Source: the human T2T-CHM13v2.0 reference genome, Homo sapiens. Taken from it: a DNA stretch of 64,000 bases. Positions 29,117 through 41,778 of the stretch are shown piece after piece. A program made the position numbers and the translations under genes. The notes below the pieces were generated by a model. The model made no database searches. It had not been told where the DNA came from and saw nothing but the letters and a program-made list of their open reading frames with translations. The stretch lies in the NCBI RefSeq assembly GCF_009914755.1, contig NC_060941.1. One strand, given 5' to 3'. Position 1 is the stretch's first letter. Each line of letters starts with the position of its first letter.

Positions 29117-29664
29117 TGTATTAGTCAGGATTCTCTAAAGGGGCAGAACTAGTAGGATAGATGAATATATGAAAGGGAGTTTATTAGGAGAATTGACTCA
29201 CACGATCACAAGGTGAAGTCTCACAATAGGCCGGCTGCAAGCTAAGGAGCCAGGAAGCCAGTGCAAGTCCCAAAACCTCATCAGTAGGAAAGCCAATAGT
29301 GCAGACTTCAGTCTGTGGCTGAAGACCTGAGAGCCCCTGACAGATCACTGGTGTAAGTCTGAGAGCCCAAATGCTGAAGAACTTGGAGTCTGACATTTAA
29401 GGGCAGAAAGCATCTAGCATGGGAGGAAGATGGAGGCCAGAAGACTCGGCCAGTCTAGTCCTTTCAGGTTCCTCTGCCTGCTTGTATTCTAGCCATGCTG
29501 GAGCTGATTAGATGGTGCCCACCCAGATTGAGGATGGGTCTGCCTCTCCCATTCCACTGACTCAAATGTTAGTCTCCTTTGGCAACACCCTCACAGACAC
29601 ACTCAGTAACAATAATTTGCATCCTTCAATCTAATCAAATTGACACTCAATATTAACCATCACA
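29117..29664 (-). mobile_element. MLT2A2-like (HERV-L) solo LTR, ~548 bp
   Basis: tgtattagtcaggattctct..gggagtttattaggagaattgactcacacgatcacaagg..ttgacactcaatattaaccatcaca; near-TSD atagc/ataga. Confidence 0.92.
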
Positions 29665-29695
29665 ATAGAATAAAACTGTAGATAAAGAAAATGTG

Positions 29696-29827
29696 GGGCT
29701 GGGCATGAAGGCTCATGCCTGTAATCCTAGCAGTTTGGGAGGCTAAGGCAGGAGGATCAATTGAGCTCACAAGTTCAAGACCAAACTAGGCAACATAGTG
29801 AGATGTCATCCCACCAAAAAAAAAAAG
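29696..29827 (+). mobile_element. Alu left monomer (FLAM/AluJ fragment)
   Basis: ggctgggcatgaaggctcatgcctgtaatcctagc..ggcaggaggatc..agttcaagacc..ggcaacatagtgaga..poly(A). Confidence 0.82.
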
Positions 29828-30086
29828 CCATATGTGGAGGTGCACATTCTCACTTGTAAGTGGGGTCTAAATAATAGGTACACATGTACATGGAGTGTGT
29901 AATAATAGACAATGGAGACTTGGAAGGGTGGGGGCATGGGATGGGGGTGATGAATGAGGAATTACTTAATGTATACAATGTATATTATTCAGGTGGTGGT
30001 TACACTAAAAGTCCAGTCTTCACCACTATGGAATCTATACATGTAACAAAACTGCTTTTGTACCCCTTAAATTTATACAAAATTAA

Positions 30087-30420
30087 TGATATGGTTTGGC
30101 TGTGTCCCCACCCAAATCTCATCTTGAATTGTAGCTCCCACAATTCCCATGTGTTGTGGGAGGCACCCGGTGGGAGGTAATTGAATCACAGAGGTAGGTC
30201 TTTCCCTTGCTAGTCTTGTGATAGCGAATAAGTCTTATGAGATCTGATGGTTTTATAAAGGGGAGTTTTCCTGCACAAGTTCTCTTCTCTTGTCTGCCGC
30301 TGTGTGAGACATGCCTTTCACTTTCCACTGTGATTATGAGGCCTCCCCAGCCATGTGGGACTGTGAGTCCATTAAACTCTCTTTTGTACACTTTCTTTTG
30401 TAAATTGCCCAGTCTCAGGT
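30087..30420 (+). mobile_element. THE1B LTR (last ~30 bp missing)
   Basis: tgatatggtttggctgtgtccccacccaaatctcatcttgaattgtagctccc..gtgagtccattaaac..gtaaattgcccagtctcaggt. Confidence 0.93.
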
Positions 30421-30522
30421 GCAAATATATACACACACACACACTCAGAGTGAAGAGGGTCAAGCAATCAAGCAATTCTATAGCTCTCTTTAGTATGCCT
30501 TTTTCAGAATTATTTTTAGTCA

Positions 30523-30930
<408 letters not shown>

Positions 30931-31859
30931 TTATACTATAGTTAAAGGTGGACCACAAAAAATGGTTCTGAGATTCCTAGCAGGCAGACCAAAAAGGAAA
31001 ATCGATCAGATTCATAGTGTCTATCAGATAAAAGCAAGCATGTCAAAAGGCAGTTTTATTACAGCTCAATTGTTTCACCATCCAAACACTTTCTGAACTC
31101 ACAGACACTTTACCTAAACCTCTTTTCTGCATGCATCTATCTTTAACTTATGTTTAGGCATCTTGATCCACTACAAAACCATGTGAACCATAAAGACAGA
31201 GGCCTCAGCATATTAATTTTTTATAACACTGTGCTTCACACAAGACAGGATTTCCATTAAATGTTTGCACAATAAATTAATCAATGACATTTTAAGATGT
31301 GTGTCAAAAGAAAGAAACCTGTTTGGGTGAACTTCACACTTTCAAAACACACTGGCTGGGAAGACAGGCTGACAAATTGTGTTGAGAAAAATGAAGGTTA
31401 TAAGTGGATTTGTGTGTATATGGGAAGAATTATTATGGCAATTTATTATCATTTTCACATAAGGGAAATAGAATGGAGGGGTTGAAGAAGATAGCTTGAA
31501 AAGAAGGGAGAAACTATTGAATACAGATTCTTCATTACAAATTTTTATCAAAATCTAAATCTCAGTAGAATAACAATCTGAAGTCACTGGGCAAATGGTC
31601 TTCATTCACTTTAAAATTAATGATTATATTATTTTTAAGTTACAAGTTTCCCATTAATTTAGGTGCCTTTAAGTGTATTCCAACAATTTATAATGCTCGC
31701 TAACGCATTTTATTGTATCCAAAGTTTAGAAGTATCTAGACAAATCACTGTATTTGTTATATGGTAATCGGTATTATCTTGGTCTTTAATTCCAGAATTC
31801 TATGTAACACTTATCTAAGTGGGGGTTACATTGGGTATTTCATGCGATTTCCTTTTTAT

Positions 31860-32200
31860 TTGTATATTTATTCAGCAAGCACTTACTATTGTTCACAATG
31901 TGTCAGCACTGTGGGTGAGAAAGAAACATGGTACCATTAATCAAGGAACTTACAGTCAAGGGGGAGGAATAATTACAGCAGAGGAGTGCATATTTGTACC
32001 CAGCAAGGAATGGTGCAGAGTCCTCTAGGAGATGGAGATCATAAAAGAAAAAGAGCTAACTTCTTGGATTGATCTAGGGAAACATGGTGGAGGAGGTGGC
32101 ATTAGATCTAGTCGTAAATAATATGTAAACTTGGGATTCCTATTAAAGGGCACATGTGGAAGTAGGGGGGTGCAAAATTGTTGGATGGAATTTAGGCTGA
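31860..32200 (-). mobile_element. L2 3' fragment
   Basis: tttattcagcaagcacttact..tgtgtcagcactgtg..tcaaggaacttacagtcaagggg. Confidence 0.55.
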
Positions 32201-32414
32201 AGCATCTTAACCTCAAACCAAAGAGCAACGGAAACAGTTGTATAAGGGGAGAGGAAGGGAAGAGAAGAGAGTGTTAAAATCTTGATGAAAGGGATAGCAA
32301 AATTGGAGTAAGATATGACGCGAATTATCGATGGAGGTGTACAGGAAAGAATGCACCACATTTCAATTTCTTTCAATACATCCGGCAGAACAATGCCAAC
32401 TAGAAGTCGAAGCA

Positions 32415-32618
32415 CATTGTCCAGAATAGGCAAATGTACAGAGAGAGAAGGTAGAGTAGGGATAGCCAGAAGCTGGAGCGAGGGGGAACTAGGGAGTGAC
32501 TGCTCATGGATATGTTTTTTTTCTTGAGGTGATTAAAAATGTTCTGAAATTAGGTTGTAATGATGGTTGTGTGGCTTTTGCAAGTGTTTAAAAAGTCATA
32601 TATTCTCCACTTTAAAAA
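32415..32618 (+). mobile_element. L1MB-type 3'UTR fragment
   Basis: tgtccagaataggcaaat..agagagagaaggtaga..gggagtgactgctcatgg..aaatgttctgaaattag..cactttaaaa. Confidence 0.75.
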
Positions 32619-33314
32619 CAGTTCCCACTTAACCTTTTCATATGTGTTTAGATACAGCTTGTTCATTGGTTGTCCTTATTTATGCTCTGTTTTGATTTAG
32701 TATTGGCCCATGTTTTATGCTTTATGTCCTCCTCAGATTAGCAATCTTGTTTTGTATCACAGTTTTGATGGTGGCCTTGCTCCAGGATACTACTTCAGGT
32801 CTTGTTGCTATTATTTCTACTATGGATAACAAGAGCCCCATCCTAGCAGATAGGACACTGCCCTCCTGAAACTATTCTCCACCTGGCTCCAAGCCTGAGG
32901 GGGCAGGGGAATTATGCAGATACATTCAATCAGAGTCATGAAAATCAATTAGGCAGCATTTTAGACGGGTTATAAATTGCTAAGGCTTAACTTAGAATGG
33001 GGTAGGATTGAGAATGAAAAAGAAAGGAAAGAGATCTTGTGCAAGAATGGGCAGGGTGTTGTTTCAGATTACACCTGGAATAGAGTCAGAGTAACCAAAG
33101 ATAAATCACATTTTAATTCCCAAGTGACACAACTTTTTGTCACAGTTCCTTGGAATTTCTACTGGAGGGTTATATATTATGATATAACACTTTACACAGT
33201 GCTTGGTATACAGTAAATCTAGGTAATGGTTTTGGCAAGGATTTTATGTTTATGTTTTGTTTTTACTTCTTCCCAGGAGACTCCTGCTTTCAAGTCAGTT
33301 CATTAATCATTATC

Positions 33315-33460
33315 ATTCTCATCTACAGGAGGTAGGAATTAGTATCCTCATTTTGTAAATGAGACTACTGAAGATGAATGAGATTAAATGATTTGCCCAA
33401 GGCCTCCATGTTGGACTGTGATTTTGTAAAAAGGCAGAGCAAATTCTGTTAGTTCTACAT
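33315..33460 (-). mobile_element. MIR
   Basis: gaggtaggaattagtatcctcattttgtaaatgagactactgaag..aaatgatttgcccaagg. Confidence 0.7.
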
Positions 33461-34261
33461 AGGAGACGGGAGATCACAGCAGGTTGATAGAATCTAGAAG
33501 GGGCAAAATGGAGATGAGAACTTAGAAGTAGAAATGGAAACAATGAAGATGTCAAGAAAGGCAAAGTCAAGACAGGTGAGAGCAAGACCCAGCTTTGGGG
33601 ATTTGGATTGGCAGGGCCAACCCTGCAAACCAGCTCAGCCAGAAGAGGGGCAAGGCACCTTCATTATGGGTCAATGCTTTGGAGTTTGAAGGGGGAAAGT
33701 GGAGAGTCCCTGGGAACCTAAGCAACCCAGGAAGAAGAGGGTCAACGATAGCAGATCTCATGGAAAAAGTATTTATGGAAGTATGTTTTTTACCTACTGC
33801 CATTGTGAATTGTCTGACAGTTTCACCATGAGGTACAGAGAAGCAGGAAGGCTACTCAGAATCAATCTCATTTCTAGGGTGAAGACTCTTGTATGTCCTG
33901 ATGGGATGACTTTCATAGAAGAACAGCCTGCAGATAATAATGGGTTACAATAAACTTACTGCTCCTGAAAGAACCAGCAACTAGTTTGTCCTAAAACCAA
34001 TCTTCCCTTCTGATAAGTCCCAATGCCATGTAACCATTGGATACTTATCATTTGTTATATAATGAGTTACGTTTTCATATATTTATGCTAACTCTCTAAC
34101 TTGACTATATATTCTACCAAGATAGAAGTAAATATTCCTTCCTCATTTTCCTATGGATATAAATTTATACATTGTACCTATTTAATCAAATATTTGACTG
34201 GTTGGATGCCTGCATCAAATGCAGACATGACTCCCGCCAAAATGGGCTTTGTAGGAGCCTA

Positions 34262-34690
34262 TGTGGCAAAGATTAGGGTTCCTGGGAAGCCGAATCTGAG
34301 ATGAAATTAAGAGCTCGTTATGTTAATTAAGGTGCATCCTTGGATTCAACACCTCTCGAGTTAGGGGAAGGAAGCAGACAGGGCAGAGAAAGAAGTTGAG
34401 CTTCCACGGAGACCCATCACAGCTTCAGTGAATCTCATAGAGATTTCTAGAGCTAGAATGACCCTTCAGCATTTTCTCAGGTTGATTTGCAATGAACAGG
34501 CCCTTACACTCCCTCCTTGATCAGTTTTTGGATGTGGGCTCCCTGCAAAGGGATGTGTCCTTGGGCAAGGCTGCTCTGTGTAACAGAGGCAATCCTTGGA
34601 AGGGCAGCCAGCTTATGGCCATCTGCCAACAGCTGAAGAGCAACAAGTTCTTCAGTGAAGGAAGGCCTGGCCAGTGCAGCACTGGGCTCA
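34262..34690 (-). mobile_element. ERVL-type LTR (LTR33/LTR16-like)
   Basis: gggttcctgggaagccgaatctgagatg..ttggattcaacacct..ggggaaggaagcag..gggcagagaaagaagttgagct..gacccttcag. Confidence 0.65.
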
Positions 34691-35147
34691 TTTATATTAG
34701 GTAACTCCAGGTAAATGTAAGTGCATTTCTTAGAGGTGGGATGAGGTACTTTGAAGTACCTCACTGAGTTTAAAGGCAAAGGTATTGATACCCACAGTTA
34801 TATTCATTATTTCTGGTTGAGTTCAATTACACTGAATTTGAGATGGCAGTTTGAAAATTTACTGTCAGTAACTACCAAAAAAAAAAAAAAAAAAGAAAGA
34901 GCAGAGCATTGTCTTCGCGATTATGCTGGGACACTTTCAGAGTAAGTCCCCAAGATACAAGGTCCAAAAAAAATACTGATGTGGTACTCAATTGTGGTTC
35001 TTTGTAGTCTCTTTCTAAGAGAACTTCAGCTGCATGTTGGATGGAAAACAATATGAAACAAGGGAGAGAGAGAAGAAACAGAGTTTGTTAATATTCTCTG
35101 CTAGATTCTGCAGAGGAATCACTTTATTTTGCAGTTGCAACTAGCTT

Positions 35148-35177
35148 AAGTTATGTAGCTAGAAGTTATGTAGCTAG
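35148..35177. repeat. 15-bp perfect tandem duplication (aagttatgtagctag x2)
   Basis: Read directly from the sequence. Confidence 0.95.
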
Positions 35178-35231
35178 AAAGCTGACTTGCACACTTAAAG
35201 CTAATGAAGAGAAATGCAGGTTTTCCGGGGT

Positions 35232-36029
35232 AGGTTCTTGGCACTTCTCTGCAAATAGGTAAAAGGGAATGGCAGATATTCAAGCTTAGGGAGCAAGCAG
35301 CAAGGACAGAGCCTTCCCCCTCTCTGTGTGTTGAAGTCAGCAGATAGCACACCTGCTGCTGCGTGAGTTCCTTCTGCCAAGCAGAGCAGCACAGCTGCAA
35401 GACACCCTGCTTCTGGCTCTGAGCTTTGCTTGTCTTCAGGGATGGAGCCCCTCCCAAGGCAAGTTCAACTGGGTTCTTTGGCAGCCGAAGTCTACACGGA
35501 CCCTGCAGGGAGCGGTGGAGAAAAGTGAGTTTGACATGCTTGGAAATATTTAGATCTTGGATGTAAACTTCAAGGAAAATATTTACTCTGTTTGTTTTAA
35601 TACCACAGAGGTTTGGATCCCGGGAATCTTAGGTTCTTGGCACTTCTCTGCAAATAGGTAAAAGGGAATGGCAGATATTCAAGCTTAGGGAGCAAGCAGC
35701 AAGGACAGAGCCTTCCCCCTCTCTGTGTGTTGAAGTCAGCAGATAGCACACCTGCTGCTGCGTGAGTTCCTTCTGCCAAGCAGAGCAGCACAGCTGCAAG
35801 ACACCCTGCTTCTGGCTCTGAGCTTTGCTTGTCTTCAGGGATGGAGCCCCTCCCAAGGCAAGTTCAACTGGGTTCTTTGGCAGCCGAAGTCTACACGGAC
35901 CCTGCAGGGAGCGGTGGAGAAAAGTGAGTTTGACATGCTTGGAAATATTTAGATCTTGGATGTAAACTTCAAGGAAAATATTTACTCTGTTTGTTTTAAT
36001 ACCACAGAGGTTTGGATCCCGGGAATCTT
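35232..36029. repeat. Perfect 399-bp tandem duplication of unique sequence (35232-35630, 35631-36029)
   Basis: I found no mismatch between the copies; junction gggaatctt|aggttcttgg; 1-bp (T) microhomology; the same peptides appear twice in the ORF track. Confidence 0.97.
35440..35524 (+). other. Candidate 85-nt exon (second copy at 35839-35923)
   Basis: Acceptor ctttgcttgtcttcag|G, donor AAA|gtgagt; higher GC/CpG than flanks; ATG in gggATGg context. Confidence 0.4.
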
Positions 36030-37705
36030 CAGAGTACAAAAGGCTCTTGCCAAGGCACCAATTTAACAATTTGGTCAGTGACAAAAGGGCATCCTGTTTA
36101 ACTAGTCTGAATTTAAATAGCATGTTTCCAATGTATTAGCATGTCTGTCTCATCTGTTTACAGAACTGTTTTCTTTAACCCCTGAATTTTGTGTTTGGTT
36201 TATGAATTTGCACAGAATCAAATACAGTTTTTTAATAGAAAGCAAGCAAAAAAGCGGATCATCACATAGTTGAAAGAGTTGCTACCCGGGCATTGACAAT
36301 AAACTTCCCACGATTACTTGACCATTCAGAGCAACCAGATCCTTGTAGAAGGCTACAAGCTCTCTTTACTCATGGCTCTTGGTGAAAAATTCCTTACTGT
36401 CTCTTTGCTGGTGCTGAGAAATACTGCAGAATGCTAAAGGACTGTCCAATTATATTTTTGGCGAGTGAATTATGATAAAAGAGAAGCCTTTTGTAAATGT
36501 GACTTGAAAAGTGGCGTATTTTGTGTCCTCTCTTTGTGTTTTATGCAGAATCCCTACTGCAGGACACAACTTTCAGGACTCACACTGATTTCCCTTTAGT
36601 TTTCTGTTTTTGTTAGTCTGCAGCAGAGTGGGAAATAGTTACTGTAAAGGGAAGTCTTAAGAAAACATATCAGTTATGTGCACAATATGTGTACATATAT
36701 GGAGGAAAAATAGACAAAAAAAGGAAACTGGCATCACAATGCTCTCTCTAAGGGCCTATAAGGGATGAACTGGGACTCCTTCCTGCCTTCGGATAGCACA
36801 TCAGGCAGAGAAAATGTTAACCATTTTTCAACTCTCAGAAAAGCAGATTTCATGATGTCATACAATGTCCTATTCCACTGTCAGATTGCTTCCCCACTTT
36901 GGCAATTAAAAATAATTACACTTTTTTTTTTTTTTTTTTTTGCTGTACTGCCAAGCCAATTTCTCCTATACAATTGTTTTTAGACATGGCGAATGAACAG
37001 CTGCTTTTCAATTATTGGACACAGTTGTATTTCAATTCTCTTTTAACAGCTGTGAAACAGAATTCCTATTCAGAATTTTATAACAGTAAACCACACAAAA
37101 AGACTACTGTTGTCTCTCTGCTAATGGAGATTTTGTGTCCCACTTCTTTTTCAGTACCATTTCCCAGATGCTGTCTATTATCTTTCCTCCATCTTTGCTT
37201 GACTGTTACTACCATGTGTATGATTCCAACCAAGTCTGATGTCTGCTGATTAAACTTTCTTTACAATACCTTGGTCATTTTTTCCCTCCATCAGAAGAGA
37301 AAGTTATCCCACTTCTCCTAACCAGTTGACAATTAAGTGAAGAAAGAATTTTAATACCTAAATGGTCATTCTGTCACTACCCACTATTGTCACATTTCTT
37401 CTTAGTTGGATATCAGTCATAAGAACAATTAGAGTGGGAAAAAGTCAAACATGTAAAAATTTATATTTGCTAATAAACTAATTTGCGTGGGAGCCATTAG
37501 AGAAATATAGACTCATCTGCTTTACAGCAGCTTAGAACAGACAGAGATCTACCAGGCCAGTTAGTATAACTCTAATGCCTTTCATCTTGGAGAAAGGAAA
37601 ACAAGCTAGAGTGGTTAAGTAATTTTTGTTTTCAGATAAATCATCTGTGTTGTAGCTTAGATATCCTAGAGCTCAATTCCCCAGTTTTAGTAGCTTCCTT
37701 ATTCT

Positions 37706-38027
37706 GTTTTTTGGTGTGTTTTTTTTGGACGGAGTCTCGCTCTTGTTGCCCAGGCTGGAGTGCAATGGCTCATCTCAGCTCACTGCAACCTCTGCCTCCT
37801 GGGTTGAAGGTTCAGGTGATTCTCCTGCCTCACCCTCCTGAGTAGCCGGGATTACAGGCAAGTGCCACCACTCCTAGCTAATTTTTTTTTTTTTTTTTTT
37901 TTTTTTTAGTAGAGACGGGGTTTCTCCATGTTGGTCAGGCTCGTCTCAAACTCCCAACCTCAGGTGATCCACCCGCCTCGGCCTCCAGAAGTGCTGGGAT
38001 TACAAGCGTGAGCCACTGCGCCCAGCC
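37706..38027 (-). mobile_element. AluSp/Sq-like with long central T tract
   Basis: gagtctcgctcttgttgcccaggctggagtgcaatgg..tttctccatgttggtcaggct..cctcaggtgatccacccgcc; imperfect TSD cttccttattct/cttccttactct. Confidence 0.95.
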
Positions 38028-38384
38028 ATCTTCCTTACTCTTTAACAAATGGTAATCTAAAATCAGAGAAAGCATGGTTCTGAAACATTGGAAGGTAAAG
38101 TAAGAGAACTATATGTTGCCATTTAGCTGTAATAATAATTCTCCTAGTCTCTAGGCCAGACTGAATTTCCATCTGGTAGAGATTTATGCATTAACTGTAA
38201 TACTTGATTTCCCCTTGAAGTTCAAATCTCTTTGGGAGGTATTAATTTTATCTTATTTAGGCATTTATACAGAGTATGAACTAACAATCTGAGAGTATGT
38301 TTTGATAGGCTGAAAGGAGGAGATGCATGAGGGATTTATACAATGCCATTTAATTTAAACTTATAAATGTAATGTTAATGGCTG

Positions 38385-38898
38385 TGTATTAGTTTTCTAT
38401 TGCTGCTGTAGCAAATTACCACAAACTTAGAGGCTTAAATAATACAAATTTATTATCTTCTTGCTCTTAGGTTAGATGTCTGAAGTGTTTTTCATTGGAC
38501 CAAAATCAAGGCGTTGGCTGGGCTACCTTCCCTTCTGGAGACTCTAAGGAAGAATCCATTTCCTTGTCTTTTCCAGATCCTAGAGGCTACCTGCATTCCT
38601 TGGCTTTTATCCCCAATCTTCCATCTTCGGAGCCAGCAACAGTGAGTTGAGTCCTGATATGGCATCACTGTGATCTCCTCTGCTGCTCCTTCTTCCATTT
38701 TTAAGGGCCGTGTAATTACATCGAGCCTACGTGGATAACCCAGGATAACCCCTCTCTTCTAATATCAGCTGTCAAGCAACCTAAATTCCATTACAACCTT
38801 AATTTCCCCCATTCAGCCATATAACTTAATATATTCACAAGTTCCAAAGATAAGGAAGTGGACATCTTTGAGGGTGTGTCATCATTCTGCTTAACACG
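38385..38898 (-). mobile_element. MLT1D/C solo LTR
   Basis: tgtattagttttctattgctgctgtagcaaattaccacaaacttag..ctggagactctaaggaagaatccatttccttg..ggacatctttgaggg. Confidence 0.88.
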
Positions 38899-38899
38899 G

Positions 38900-40789
38900 A
38901 GTGTAAGAGAAAAGCTACAAATATCAATGACTTAACTAAATAATAAGTTTATCTCTTATTAACATTGGGAGTTTCTGGTAGAGCAATCCTCTAAGTGACT
39001 ATTCAGGGACTTAGGCTCCTTTCATCTTCTGCATCTGCCTTCCTACTGAGCTTGAAAGCCTTCCCTGTCCGGTTAATACATGAAGAAACAGAGAGAGGCT
39101 TTTGTGTGTGTGGTTTTATGCACCAGGCTTGGAGGCAGTGAAAATTATTTCTACCTATATTTTCATTGACAATACTCAGTTATGTGGCTATACCTAAGTA
39201 CAGTGGAAGTTAGGAAATATAGTCTATCTATGTGCTTGGGACATGAAGAAAATACATTTGATGAAGAGCTAGTCAGTCTGTGCCAATTCTGTCCATTTGT
39301 TCACCAAACATCTATTCCATTTTTCCTGCCACACATGGAACACACGGGTGTCCTTTCTGAAGGTGGAAAACTAAAGGTCCCAACAAGTCATTGCAGAAAA
39401 CTTAAAGTCCAGCATCCTTGAGTGATGCTCATCTCTCTAGACCAGAATTGAAGTGGCTTCTTTGAGCCTACAAATGATATATATTTATACACACACACAC
39501 ACACACACACACATGCACACAAACACACACATGCATACATATACCATGCAGGGAAGATACATAGATACGGGAAAACATTTTAGACACCTGTTTGGTAAAG
39601 GAAAAAATGAGAGGCATGCAGCTGTTACTGAACCATAGCAATTTTGAAATCATGTTAGGCACATATTAAGGGTCCTATTATTTGGCTGGGAAAAAATCTT
39701 TCGTTTATTCCTAAATTATGCTCCCTAGAATCTCCTTTCTTCACTGTTCTCCATGGTTACTGATTCCAGCCTCTGAGAGATTCTTCTTTGTCTATCTTTC
39801 CCATGACCTTCAGGAAGTGGGATTGGAGATTATGTTTGGTGCTGATAAAAGTTGGGGGACCCAGCACTAATCTTAAAGCTTAAGAAGTCAATACTTTCAG
39901 TCCATGCTCATAGAATCCTTAGGGAAACAATTTTCCCCAAACTAACAGAAATTGAAATTGTCTTGTTTCTAGTCAATTACATGTGCCAATAACTACATTT
40001 GAAGTTTTCTCAATGTGATAATTCTCATGACTGATTTATTTTTTGCTTCCTCATATACACCATTCTAAGCCACTCCCAACCTCCCTGAAGCTATCTGAAA
40101 TAATATTTTTGAATACTGTTTCCTTAGTCTAATCCTTATATTAAATTGTCTGTTTTTTAACAATAATTTTATTTGATTGTTGTCATTCAGAGCCTTTTTC
40201 AATTTATCTTAATTAGGATGCAGAAGCACTCAGGTTTATTAACTCTAAAAGTTATTGATCTCTGGATACATATCCATTTCAATTTGTGCTTCAAAATAAG
40301 TCTGTTTTTGTCTGTGCTCATCTCTTTCTTGTAATACATTGCTAAGAAAGGCCAATAGTAGCAAATAGGCACTGTTACTCTCATATCAATCTCTTGTCCT
40401 CACGTCCAAAAACTACAGGCTTATAGGCTCATGAGGTGTGTTGTGCCTTTCTATTTAATGTATGAAGTGGTTTTACCATATGTTTTGCCATGAAACAACA
40501 TGACCTGAACCTTCATTGTTCCAACCTCATCTATCAGCCTCCATGAGGCCATCTGAAATAATATTTGTGAATACTTATTTCCTTAATCTGATCTCTATCC
40601 TAAGGCTGCGTTATAGGTTCTGGGATCCTTCCCTTTTCAGGGACAAATGGAAAAAAACAACAAGGATCACTTGTGGGATATTGTGATAAAATGGGCCTGA
40701 AATTGATTAACATCTTTTCTGCCCACATTCTGTTGGTCACAATTAAGTCATATGGCCATATTTAATTGCAAAGTGTGATAGAAAATGTA

Positions 40790-40822
<33 letters not shown>

Positions 40823-40873
40823 CCAGTGGGAAATGGCAATGGATTTTAGTGCATATGTGCAGTCTCTGTCACA
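38900..40873 (-). mobile_element. Ancient MLT1J/K-type provirus remnant: LTR (~38900-39285), internal, partial LTR (~40600-40873)
   Basis: Two segments with the same LTR terminal motifs (..tatgtggctatacctaag..gaaatatagtc..gtctgtgcca; ..catatggccatatttaattgcaaag..gtctctgtcaca) flanking MLT1-int-like sequence. Confidence 0.5.
40793..40821. repeat. (TG)n microsatellite
   Basis: Uninterrupted gt repeat. Confidence 0.95.
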
Positions 40874-41451
40874 CCAAAAAGTACAAAACTAAGTATCTGG
40901 GTATGCCAAATTCAGCTATATTGTTAGACGGTATTGCTTAGAGCATTATGAACTATTATTGATAGTTACTGAACATTTAACAGCAAAAGATCTGTTGATA
41001 GTATGATATCAATGTGCAGACGATTTAAAAATCTTGAGGCATTCCAACTATCATACACAAATCAGAGGCAATTCATTTACTTAAGCTCATTATTGACTAC
41101 CTATTATGTATTGGACTTTATGTTATGTGCTATGCAAAGAAAAAGCACAGGATATATCTGTAACCTCAAAAAGCTCTCAGTATTCCAGAAGAGGCAAACA
41201 TACACACAAGTAACTAAAACACATTTTTTTGTTCTATTATGCAGTTATAAACATTATATAGGAGCACAGAAGAGGGAACTACTATGTCTAGTCTTATTTA
41301 AAAACAAAAGAAAACAGAGACAGCAAGAAAATAGTAACTATTAAGAATGCTGTGGTTTGTTTTTGTTTTTGTTTGGTTTTACTATGTAAATGAAGTATCT
41401 CATCAAATAAGGAAGACTTTATGAGCAGGGAGTTATCAAAATGCTGAACAT

Positions 41452-41778
<327 letters not shown>

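Larger units (their letters stand above)
28771..30086 (+). mobile_element. L1MA (MA1-3-like) 3' portion with inverted 5' ORF2 piece (28771-28908), host to MLT2A and an Alu monomer
   Basis: Antisense ORF2 (gcattgaatctgtggattgctttgggcagtatg) abuts sense aatgtaaattagtacag..ggaaaacagtatggag; 3'UTR gttacactaaaagtccagtcttcaccac..catgtaacaaaactgc. Confidence 0.82.

Noticed and set aside
35232-36029. Duplication interpreted as paired LTRs or a CRISPR-like array
   Set aside because: Copies abut with no internal region, spacer, TG..CA ends or TSD
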